DNA of 22,107 bases. Origin: Candidatus Woesearchaeota archaeon (GTDB lineage Archaea > Nanobdellota > Nanobdellia > Pacearchaeales > GW2011-AR1). Under the pieces are notes generated by a model that did not search any database, was not told the DNA's origin, and saw only the letters and a list, made by a program, of their open reading frames with translations. The translations under genes and the position numbers were made by a program. Below, piece by piece: positions 16,097 to 22,107 of this stretch. Location of the stretch: positions 2,596 to 24,702 of the forward strand of contig CAYZDX010000001.1 of NCBI GenBank assembly GCA_964477565.1, in the 5' to 3' direction. Numbering within the stretch: the stretch's first letter is position 1; each line of letters opens with the position of its first letter.

Positions 16097-17449
16097 TTAG
16101 GATTTGTTTATTTTAAGTAACGCTGAATGAGCGGCAGCAATTAGAGGATAATTGGTGGGGGGAGGAGTTAAGAGTGGATGAGTTCCTATTTGCATGGTAT
16201 CAAAATCATAAATAGTTGTTCCTTTTTGAATAGATAAAGCAATTAAATTTATTATTTCACCAACACTTTCTGGTCCAGTGACTTGCCCTCCCAATAACTT
16301 GCCTGAAGATTTAGAAAAAATAAGCTTGACTTTTATATTTTGTGTATTTGGTAATGCCTTAGGATGATGATTTGGAGATTCACTTACACCAATAACTATA
16401 TCAAATCCATTTTCTCTTGCTTTTTTCTCATTTAAACCAGCAATACCTATTCCTTGATTATCAATAAAAGTAGAGAAAACAGCTAAAGTACCTTTATTCT
16501 TAAATAACTTTTCTTTTTTGTATAAATTAGCTGCAGCTATTCTCGCTTCATAGCAAGCTGTTGATGCAAGCATTACTGGAATATTTTTTTTAGTTAACAA
16601 ACATTTTGTTTCAGCACAATCTCCCACTGCAAAAATATCTTTGATATTTGTTTCCATATATTTATCAACTTTAATTCCTTTGTATTTTCCAAGTTTAATT
16701 CCTGTTTTCTTTGCTAAATCTGTATTAGGTACTGCTCCAATAGATAAAATAATGGTGTCCGCAGGAATTTTTTTACCATTATCTAATTTTACAAATTTTA
16801 CTTTATCTGTTCCTCCAATTTCTTCAACAGCAGTGTTAGTGTATATTTTTACACCTTTATTTTTTAATTTTTCCTCAGCGATAATAGCAAATTCTTCATC
16901 AAAAGATGTTATCAAACAATGATTTAACTTTTCTATAATGTTTATATTTAATTTTTCTATTTTACTAAGTTCATCTGCAAGTTCGACGCCAATAAATCCT
17001 CCACCAATAATCACAATGTTTTTCGATTTTAGTATACTTGAATGAAGTTTTTCCAAATATTTAGAATCTTTTTTGATACACCAAACATTTTTTTTATGTA
17101 CCCCTCTAATAGGAATTAAAATTGAATTAGAACCTGTAGCTAAAATTAATTTTTCGTAATTTAATTTTTTACCTTTTTTAAGTAAAACAATTTTATTATG
17201 AGGGTTAATTTTTATTGCTTCATCTATGATTAAATTGATTTTGTTTATTTTTAATATTTCATCGCTAATTAAATCTTCTTTAACTGATTTTAAACTGTGG
17301 AAAATATATGGGATGCCACAAGGGACAATACTTTTGTTTCCTTTTCTAATGAGAGTTATTTTTTTTGATGGATAATTTTTCCTTGAAGTTAGTGCAGTTA
17401 CTATGCCTGCTGGTCCTCCACCGATAATTAGAATATCTGTTTTATCCAT
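16097..17449 (-). CDS. FAD-dependent pyridine nucleotide-disulfide oxidoreductase (NADH oxidase / CoA-disulfide reductase family)
   Basis: IIGGGPAG FAD site, redox Cys in SIVPCGIPY, second Rossmann motif VIIGGGFIGVE, and AVGDCA. Confidence 0.8.
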   Translation of the reverse strand: MDKTDILIIGGGPAGIVTALTSRKNYPSKKITLIRKGNKSIVPCGIPYIFHSLKSVKEDLISDEILKINKINLIIDEAIKINPHNKIVLLKKGKKLNYEKLILATGSNSILIPIRGVHKKNVWCIKKDSKYLEKLHSSILKSKNIVIIGGGFIGVELADELSKIEKLNINIIEKLNHCLITSFDEEFAIIAEEKLKNKGVKIYTNTAVEEIGGTDKVKFVKLDNGKKIPADTIILSIGAVPNTDLAKKTGIKLGKYKGIKVDKYMETNIKDIFAVGDCAETKCLLTKKNIPVMLASTACYEARIAAANLYKKEKLFKNKGTLAVFSTFIDNQGIGIAGLNEKKARENGFDIVIGVSESPNHHPKALPNTQNIKVKLIFSKSSGKLLGGQVTGPESVGEIINLIALSIQKGTTIYDFDTMQIGTHPLLTPPPTNYPLIAAAHSALLKINKS

Positions 17450-17607
17450 AATTTGTTATTCTGGTTTTTCATTTAAATAAGTTTCTTTTTATTATAGAAA
17501 TTCCTAAAAATAAGTATTAATTTTATTAAATAAGCCTGCGGTTTTTTAAAAATAGGAGTTTTAAATAATTTTATTTAGATGAAGACTGCAAAACCTTAAA
17601 TGAAAAG

Positions 17608-17618
17608 ATTTATAAATA
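17608..17618 (+). promoter_or_regulatory. TATA box for aEF-1 beta
   Basis: ATTTATAAATA, centred 25 nt from ATG 17638. Confidence 0.5.
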
Positions 17619-17637
17619 ATTCTATTGCATGATTTTT

Positions 17638-17907
17638 ATGGGTGTTGTAGCTTTAAAAATAAAGATAATGCCAGAATCTCCGGGTGTTGATTTGGAGAAA
17701 TTGAAGAAAGAAGTAGAGGAAAAATTAAAAGAAATAGGAGCAATAAGAATTGAGTCTAGTGAAGAGCAGCCAATTGCATTTGGTTTAAAAGCTTTAATCA
17801 TTACTTTGGCATGGCCAGAGGATTCTGATACTGGAGCAGTAGAAAATATAGAAATTCCAGGAATCTCTTCTATTCAGATAATTGATTATAGACGGGCTAT
17901 TGGTTAG
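17638..17907 (+). CDS. ef1b: Elongation factor aEF-1 beta
   Basis: MGVVALKIKIMPESPGVDLEKLK ... PIAFGLKAL ... IIDYRR. I prefer the ATG at 17638 (89 aa), which lies 25 nt from the TATA at 17608-17618. The tracked ORF starts at 17629. Confidence 0.85.
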   Translation: MGVVALKIKIMPESPGVDLEKLKKEVEEKLKEIGAIRIESSEEQPIAFGLKALIITLAWPEDSDTGAVENIEIPGISSIQIIDYRRAIG

Positions 17908-17936
17908 AATTCTTTATTTATGCTTTTTAGTAGAAA

Positions 17937-17952
17937 TAATTGTCCGCCGCTC
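17937..17952. repeat. Left arm of the inverted repeat flanking the tyrS cassette
   Basis: TAATTGTCCGCCGCTC. The reverse complement of 19131-19146 is TAATTGCCCGCCGTCT. The first 13 positions match at 12, and CCGCCG is rare in this AT-rich DNA. Confidence 0.6.
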
Positions 17953-19084
17953 AACGAGTTATAATTAACTCTTCTAATTCTTCAAGCATCTTTTTTACTT
18001 TGGGCTGTTCAAAATGCTTTCTTGCTGGCTCAAGAATTTGAATTAATTTTTCTGACACAGAATTTTTTAAATCCATTGGATGAAGCTTCTTTTCAGCAAA
18101 ATCCTTTTCTAATTCTTTGTATGATGTGTATGTAATGTTTCCACCAAATTTTTCTGGCCTTTTAATTTCTAACTTTGAATTTGCATCTCTAAAAATGAGA
18201 TATTTTGTCCAGTCAAGGATTGGATTAAATTCTGTTTCTCCTTCTAAACAAAATGCTTTGTTTATTTTTCTTCTAATCTCTTCAGGAGAATCATGAATAA
18301 ATATACAAGTGTCTGGTTTTGATTTACTCATTTTTAGAGCAGACCATAATTCTTGTAATTGTTCTTTTGGTACAGGCCAAACAGGAGGCTTCCCTAAACC
18401 TAAAATTAAATGATGATGAACTGCAACAGGCTTTATTTTATTCCCTTCTTTATCCAACAATGGTTTAGTTTTAATTTTTAATGCAACATCTCTTGCTATT
18501 ACTTGGGCTTTTCTTTGGTCGATTCCTGCATGAGGTAAATTTATCCCTTGAATAAAAATATCTGCTACTTGCATTGGGGGATAAATCAATTTTGCAAAAT
18601 CAACAGAATCGCCTTCTTTTCTTCCCATGATTGTAATACTTCTTTTCATTCTTGCAAGAGATGTATTTTTGCTTACATCCACCATTGTTGCCCAATAATC
18701 ATCATTATTATGATATAATTCTGAACCTAAAATAAATTTTAATTTTTCAGGGTCGCCTCCAAAACATTTCAAACTCGCTTTCAATCCTTCTTTAAAATAT
18801 CCTCCTGCAACTCTCTTTATTACTTCTCTATCTCCCCCGAGTTTGTCATTTATCCAACTGTGCCAATCGGCCAGAAAAATTGAACAGTCAATTCCTGCAT
18901 CCATAAAATCTTTAACTTTAGACATACACATCAATCCTGTTCCTAAATGGATTTTGCCTGAAATTTCAAAACCAATATAGTGTTTTATTTTCGTTCCACT
19001 ATTTAAAAGAAGCTTCAAATCCCTTTCAGTCATAATTTCTTCTGTGTTATTTTTGATTAATTCAAAACGCTTTTGAACATCCAT
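17951..19084 (-). CDS. tyrS: Tyrosyl-tRNA synthetase (archaeal type)
   Basis: Colinear with M. jannaschii TyrRS as I recall it: YIGFEISGKIHLG (HIGH region), IYPPMQVADI, KMSKSKP (KMSKS), DSPEEIRRKI, RPEKFGG, LHPMDLKN, ILEP. Confidence 0.9.
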   Translation of the reverse strand: MDVQKRFELIKNNTEEIMTERDLKLLLNSGTKIKHYIGFEISGKIHLGTGLMCMSKVKDFMDAGIDCSIFLADWHSWINDKLGGDREVIKRVAGGYFKEGLKASLKCFGGDPEKLKFILGSELYHNNDDYWATMVDVSKNTSLARMKRSITIMGRKEGDSVDFAKLIYPPMQVADIFIQGINLPHAGIDQRKAQVIARDVALKIKTKPLLDKEGNKIKPVAVHHHLILGLGKPPVWPVPKEQLQELWSALKMSKSKPDTCIFIHDSPEEIRRKINKAFCLEGETEFNPILDWTKYLIFRDANSKLEIKRPEKFGGNITYTSYKELEKDFAEKKLHPMDLKNSVSEKLIQILEPARKHFEQPKVKKMLEELEELIITR

Positions 19085-19106
19085 AATATATTAATGAAAA
19101 AGATGC

Positions 19107-19116
19107 TTATTTATAA
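19107..19116. promoter_or_regulatory. Near-palindromic TATA box (TTATTTATAA), possibly bidirectional
   Basis: Centred 28 nt from the tyrS ATG (19084, minus strand) and ~24-26 nt from the first helix of the GC-rich island (19134-19136, plus strand). Confidence 0.5.
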
Positions 19117-19130
19117 CTTTTGCTGATTTA

Positions 19131-19146
19131 AGACGGCGGGCAATTA
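19131..19146. repeat. Right arm of the inverted repeat flanking the tyrS cassette
   Basis: AGACGGCGGGCAATTA. It overlaps the 5' edge of the GC-rich structured island. Confidence 0.6.
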
Positions 19147-19349
19147 CTCTGAGGATTTTCTACGAAAATCCTTGCCACGCTGCGCTCTCAGAAATTAAAA
19201 ATTTCTTCGGGTCGGCTAACAGTGATTAAGAGGAATTTTACTCGGCTCGTAAAATTCCCAAATTGATTTTTCGAGGGCGTTCGCCCTCGGCTCATTCTCC
19301 GCCAGGAGTGGCTCACTCCAGCTCTGAAAAATCAACTTCTCTTAATCGC
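19134..19349 (+). ncRNA. Orphan GC-rich structured RNA candidate, class unknown
   Basis: About 47% G+C by my hand count over 19131-19350, against roughly 20-30% in the flanks. Helices: 19134-19143/19172-19182 (one bulged A), 19153-19160/19164-19171, 19190-19195/19201-19206, 19222-19232/19339-19349, 19233-19240/19250-19257, 19263-19271/19327-19335, 19272-19278/19283-19289 and 19305-19310/19314-19319. The plus strand is tentative: the 19223:19348 pair is G-U on plus but C-A on minus, and a TATA lies ~25 nt upstream. Confidence 0.5.
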
Positions 19350-19503
19350 GATATTATGGAATTGGTTTATTCGAAATAAGGAGGAGATTTGAGGGTAAAA
19401 CTATTTAAATTATTTTTAAGCTTTAAAATTTCTTTAAGTTATGTGATATTAAATTAAAATCAGAGCTTGTTATTTCTGGTTATATTGAGTTATAAAAAGA
19501 AAG

Positions 19504-19511
19504 TTTATATA
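19504..19511 (+). promoter_or_regulatory. TATA box for the HIT-like gene (leaderless spacing)
   Basis: TTTATATA, centred ~25 nt upstream of ATG 19533. Confidence 0.5.
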
Positions 19512-19532
19512 TCAAGATTTTTTTATCATTAT

Positions 19533-20168
19533 ATGTTAACAAAAGAACAGGCAGAGGAGATTAAGAAGCAAATCATTAAACAAATAGATTCTTGGAAAGC
19601 AAGTGATGAGAAAAAAGAACAAGCAAAAAAACAGATTCTTGCTATGAATGAAAAAGGGTTGGAAGAGTTTTTAATTAAAAATAATTTAATAAGAGATGCT
19701 GGTCCTGTAGATGGAGCGGAAAGAAAAAGTGAAAAAAAGAATGTTTGCCCTTTTTGTTTAATAGCTAATGGAAAAATCCCATCATTTATAATTGAAGATG
19801 GTAAGAATGTTGTAGCTGTTTTAGAGATTAATCCATTAAGTAGGGGGCATATTTTAATAATTCCAAAAAAACATGAAAAAATAGAGAAGATTCCTTCAAA
19901 AGCTTTTACTCTTGCTAAAAAATTGGCAAGAAAAATTAAAAGCAAGTTAAAAGCAGAAGAGGTTAGTATACAGACAACTGAAATAAATGGACATGCAGTG
20001 ATAAATGTAATTCCTGTTTATCAAGGAGAGGAATTAAAAAAGTATAGAGCAGATGAAAAAGAATTAAAAGAGCTACAAGAAAAATTAAAAACAGAAAAGA
20101 GGAGAAAATCAAGAAAAAAGAAAAAAAAGATTAAGGATTTGCCAACGTATCCAAGAAGAATACCATAA
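19533..20168 (+). CDS. HIT-fold protein with a degenerate histidine triad, N-terminal charged extension and Lys-rich tail
   Basis: CPFCLIANGKIP, VLEINPLSRGHILIIPKKH, then GHAVINVIPVY where HxHxHxx is expected. I prefer the ATG at 19533, 25 nt from the TATA at 19504-19511. The tracked ORF begins at a TTG at 19467. Confidence 0.7.
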   Translation: MLTKEQAEEIKKQIIKQIDSWKASDEKKEQAKKQILAMNEKGLEEFLIKNNLIRDAGPVDGAERKSEKKNVCPFCLIANGKIPSFIIEDGKNVVAVLEINPLSRGHILIIPKKHEKIEKIPSKAFTLAKKLARKIKSKLKAEEVSIQTTEINGHAVINVIPVYQGEELKKYRADEKELKELQEKLKTEKRRKSRKKKKKIKDLPTYPRRIP

Positions 20169-20966
20169 TATTATAAAAGAAATATAAGCTAAAAGAAAAG
20201 CAGGAACAAAAGGAATGCCTTCTTTAATTTTAACTTTTCTTTTCTTTCTTAAGAGCTTTATTTCTTTTTCATTTAGTCCTTCCCAGTTCGGCTTTATTTT
20301 TCTCTTTCCTACTTCAACTTCCTTATACAGCCAATCTCCTATTCTTAATTCTTTTCCTTTAATTTCTTTAACCATGCAACTTTCTTCAATTGCTTTAGAG
20401 TAAATAAAAAGTAATGGAAAAATTAAGAAAAGAAGAGAAGTTATAATAAGAAAGATATCAGAAATAAATAAGCTAAATATAAAGATTAGAAAAGCAAAAA
20501 AAGAAAAGAAAATTATTAATTTTTTATTTTTCTTCAGCTGTATAGCAAATTCCTTAAAAAATTCTTTTCTCTTTTTTATAGAAAGGATTAAAGAAAAAAA
20601 TAAGCCGTATAGTCCTCCGAGCATTAATACAAGGAAAATGAAGATTCCAAAAAGTAATAGATTATAAAAAAAATTATTTGATAAGGGAATAATTGGGCCG
20701 AGAGCCATAAGCAGTTTTGCATCCCCTCCTGCAAATATTCTTCCATAATAAAAGAGGTATCCTAATATGATAAAAATTGCTAAACCAAAAATTCCCTGAA
20801 TAAAAAATTGAGGAACAGAATTTATAACAGAATAAAAAGCACGAAAAGCAAGAGCAGAAATTATTAAAGAAAAACTTAACCAATTCGGTATTTCCCTTAT
20901 TTTTAAATCCCGAATACTTGCTATTATCAACCAAATTAAAGTCAATAGTAATAAAAATTCATACAT
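20109..20966 (-). CDS. Type IV prepilin / preflagellin peptidase (A24 family, FlaK/PibD-like)
   Basis: Polytopic membrane protein with a first catalytic Asp region IASIRDLKIREIPNWL and a second in FAGGDAKLL. A soluble insert precedes the terminal GIPFVPAFL helix. SD AAAAGAGGAAAAATG. Confidence 0.8.
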   Translation of the reverse strand: MYEFLLLLTLIWLIIASIRDLKIREIPNWLSFSLIISALAFRAFYSVINSVPQFFIQGIFGLAIFIILGYLFYYGRIFAGGDAKLLMALGPIIPLSNNFFYNLLLFGIFIFLVLMLGGLYGLFFSLILSIKKRKEFFKEFAIQLKKNKKLIIFFSFFAFLIFIFSLFISDIFLIITSLLFLIFPLLFIYSKAIEESCMVKEIKGKELRIGDWLYKEVEVGKRKIKPNWEGLNEKEIKLLRKKRKVKIKEGIPFVPAFLLAYISFIILWYSSWIRWQILNLFFLFS

Positions 20967-21205
20967 TTTTCCTCTTTTATTTTAATAACTAATTCATAAT
21001 TAAGAAGTTTTTAATATTTTCGTATCTTAAGCAAAAATTAATTTGATAAAGAAAAATTTTAATAAAAATTTTGTAAGTTATTAAAATTTATAATTTAATC
21101 TTGCTACTTCTATATTTCCCGCCCTTTTTATAAGGGTGCTTTTTCTTTTCTTTTTTCTTATGCTTTTTTTTCTTTCTTTTTTCTGGATAAGCAAATTCTG
21201 ACATT

Positions 21206-21424
21206 TTAAAGTACCTCATAAATATCTGCTAAATCATGCCTCCATATGCTTGCCTGAGGCACATAATCTGGACATCCATTTTCAGGAATACCATTACATT
21301 TCCTACATCTTTCATTTGGAGGAATAAAATTTATACCTCTTTCAATTCCTATTCTATTTATGCATTTTAAGGGGTCTTTTCCATTACCCCTTATTTCTTC
21401 TTTTACCTCAATATCGAGTGTCAT
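21206..21424 (-). CDS. Small hypothetical protein with four Cys and no signal peptide
   Basis: 72-aa ORF. Its ATG (21422-21424) abuts the stop (21425-21427) of the upstream pilin-like gene. Contains a CRKC pair plus two further Cys. Confidence 0.45.
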   Translation of the reverse strand: MTLDIEVKEEIRGNGKDPLKCINRIGIERGINFIPPNERCRKCNGIPENGCPDYVPQASIWRHDLADIYEVL

Positions 21425-21754
21425 TTAACATACATCTTTACAATTAATATCACATACAACATAAAGTCTAGAGTCTGAACAAGTTATTTTTTCCTTGCCT
21501 AATTGTTTTTGTTCGCAACAAAAATCATACTTGTTTCTTAAATCACATTGGCTTTGACATATTTTTGATAATGCATCTATATCTCCTACACTATAACCTT
21601 TTAAATTCATCATAAATTTTTTAAAGCCGCCAGTAAAAGCTAAACTTAAAGCTAATAAAACAAGTAAGGCAAGAGTTATTATGACAAGTGTGGATATTGC
21701 AAGCTGAAAAGCTTTACGCTCTTTTAAAATCCTTGTTCCTCTTTTTTCTTTCAT
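21425..21754 (-). CDS. Putative type IV pilin-like secreted protein with a Cys-rich C-terminal domain
   Basis: Basic N-terminus (KEKRGTRILKERKA), then a ~25-residue hydrophobic helix (FQLAISTLVIITLALLVLLALSLAF), resembling a class III signal peptide. The mature part has 8 Cys. A TATA-like element at 21773-21783 lies ~24 nt upstream. Confidence 0.55.
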   Translation of the reverse strand: MKEKRGTRILKERKAFQLAISTLVIITLALLVLLALSLAFTGGFKKFMMNLKGYSVGDIDALSKICQSQCDLRNKYDFCCEQKQLGKEKITCSDSRLYVVCDINCKDVC

Positions 21755-21825
21755 AAAATTTAAAAGAAAGAGATATTTAAAAATTTAGTGATAAATTGGC
21801 CTTATGAAAATTTAGAAAAATTAAT

Positions 21826-22107
21826 CTAAGTACAGCTTATTTCAGGACAGGGTATTTTGTCTGTTACTTTATCTTTAAGACCTTGAATCTCTTGCCCAGT
21901 TCGATTATTACCTTGATTCAAAGAGTCACAAGTAACTTCTGCCTTTTTCGGATTTCCATTACTATCTTTAAACCTAACTTCTCTAACCTGCGAACAATAA
22001 GCATATTCAGAGCCAGAGGCACATGCAAGTTTGCAAGCATCAATTACTGTAGCAACGTTTTCAGAACCACCAAAAAAAGAAGAAACCTTGCTCCATAAAT
22101 TGCTCCA
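21826..22107 (-). CDS. Partial (5'-truncated by the window edge) paralog of the Cys-rich pilin-like protein; absent from the ORF track
   Basis: Open frame from 22107 to TAG (21826-21828): WSNLWSKVSSFFGGSENVATVIDACKLACASGSEYAYCSQV...AEVTCDSL...IPCPEISCT. It shares IDA-x2-K-x-C-x3-C ... Y-x-[FY]-C ... [IV]TC-[SD] spacing with the 109-aa protein. Confidence 0.55.
   Translation of the reverse strand, partial: WSNLWSKVSSFFGGSENVATVIDACKLACASGSEYAYCSQVREVRFKDSNGNPKKAEVTCDSLNQGNNRTGQEIQGLKDKVTDKIPCPEISCT

Noticed and set aside
17937-19146. Split or permuted tRNA halves of the Nanoarchaeum type, joined through the GC-rich complementary 13-mers. CCGCCG/CGGCGG also recalls the archaeal tRNA-Tyr acceptor stem.
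   Set aside because: Neither arm is adjacent to sequence that can form a D arm, anticodon arm or T arm; there is no GTTCRAAT-type loop on either strand.
19147-19172. Hammerhead ribozyme core: CUGAGGA fits CUGANGA and is followed by a hairpin.
   Set aside because: After the putative stem II the sequence is UCC rather than GAA(A). No stem I/III arrangement or cleavage-site triplet can be drawn.
19085-19350. T-box-like or tRNA-mimic leader regulating tyrS. The structured region lies upstream of tyrS on the minus strand. It begins GCGAUUAAGAGAAG, resembling T-box stem I bases. It contains GCGUGGCAA, and one hairpin loop carries GUA, the Tyr anticodon.
   Set aside because: A good TATA box (19107-19116) lies between the structure and the ATG at leaderless spacing, so the structure is probably not in the tyrS mRNA. 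There is no K-turn, no specifier-loop geometry with UAC/UAU, no GGGUGGUACCGCG T-box sequence and no terminator. The UGGC would not match an A73 tRNA-Tyr. The one asymmetric pair favours the plus strand.
19131-19350. Classifying the GC-rich element as SRP (7S) RNA or RNase P RNA, the two obvious missing housekeeping RNAs.
   Set aside because: For SRP RNA, there is no GNRA-capped helix 8 with the AGCA/GGAA motifs. CCAGG-hairpin-CCAGC at 19302-19322 is only superficially similar, and the candidate helix is 6 bp with a GCU loop. For RNase P, there is no GAGGAAAGUCC / ACAGAA..CGGCUUA pair able to form P4. CGGCUAA (19214-19220) precedes GAGGAA (19230-19235), the wrong order, and has no complementary partner. 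At ~215 nt the element is also short for either RNA. This is left open for cmscan rather than asserted.
20109-20168. 60-nt convergent overlap of the HIT-like and prepilin peptidase ORF ends.
   Set aside because: It is probably a by-product of an A/T homopolymer-rich stretch that reads as Lys on one strand and Phe/Leu on the other. It fits the general compaction (EndoQ and the 113-aa ORF also overlap convergently) and is not evidence of a special element.
719-20934. Many tracked ORFs lie antisense to, or out of frame within, larger well-supported CDSs: 719-1132, 3246-3503, 4129-4356, 6622-6834, 6768-6971, 7726-7935, 7984-8238, 9551-9733, 9615-10004, 10653-11030, 11124-11474, 11619-11984, 12007-12207, 12012-12287, 12458-12709, 12722-12973, 13013-13237, 13955-14137, 14783-15034, 15043-15285, 15282-15503, 15379-15807, 16641-16922, 19529-19945, 20215-20403 and 20674-20934.
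   Set aside because: Each lies inside a gene with clear family motifs on the other strand or frame. Their products are low-complexity F/L/S/I-rich strings, as expected from the antisense of K/E-rich AT-biased genes. None has a TATA or SD context.
21088-21204. 38-codon Lys-rich ORF (MSEFAYPEKRKKKKHKKKEKKKHPYKKGGKYRSSKIKL) starting 1 nt after the 72-aa ORF stop.
   Set aside because: It is not reported as a feature. Poly-A/T tracts in this genome generate such Lys-rich frames by chance, and I recognise no family. It is mentioned in the pilin-operon finding because of the tight coupling.
21883-22098. Tracked 71-aa plus-strand ORF at the right edge.
   Set aside because: The opposite strand is open across the whole stretch and encodes a clear paralog of the neighbouring Cys-rich pilin-like protein. 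The plus-strand ORF is therefore the antisense artefact.
1-22107. Searched by eye for CRISPR repeats, long tandem repeats, transposase/integrase/reverse transcriptase genes, restriction-modification or other defence genes, and toxin-antitoxin pairs.
   Set aside because: None found. There are no regularly spaced direct repeats and no ORF with the corresponding catalytic motifs.

Overview
Strongly AT-rich, very gene-dense archaeal chromosome segment. I support 29 protein-coding genes (one partial at the right edge, two missed by the ORF track), 3 tRNAs and one orphan structured-RNA candidate. The archaeal assignment rests on aIF2-alpha, Nop10, L44e, S3Ae, uS15, aEF-1beta, RadA, RPA, GINS, a RecJ/GAN-like DHH nuclease, EndoQ, an M. 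jannaschii-type TyrRS and an intron-containing tRNA. Overlapping gene ends, the small proteins and the AT-richness suggest a reduced-genome, DPANN-like archaeon, but that is inference. Most of the window is housekeeping (translation, replication/repair, glycolysis, SRP receptor). The parts housekeeping does not explain: (1) a ~215-nt GC-rich island at 19134-19349 with seven nested helices, sitting between two divergent promoters; it lacks the hallmarks of SRP RNA, RNase P RNA or tRNA that I can check by eye. (2) A 13-16 nt GC-rich inverted repeat that brackets the whole tyrS cassette, with one arm forming the 5' edge of that island. (3) A surface-filament module split across the two window ends: a FlaI/PilB-like ATPase with a long N-terminal extension on the left, and a prepilin peptidase plus tandem Cys-rich pilin-like paralogs on the right. 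(4) An uncalled, apparently truncated Nop10 mini-ORF that overlaps a 113-aa ORF by ATGA. (5) A YdjM/DUF457 membrane hydrolase translationally coupled between RPA and RadA. (6) A HIT-fold protein whose histidine triad is degenerate. No CRISPR array, transposase, integrase or recognisable defence or toxin gene was seen. All calls come from reading motifs by eye; no database search was run.
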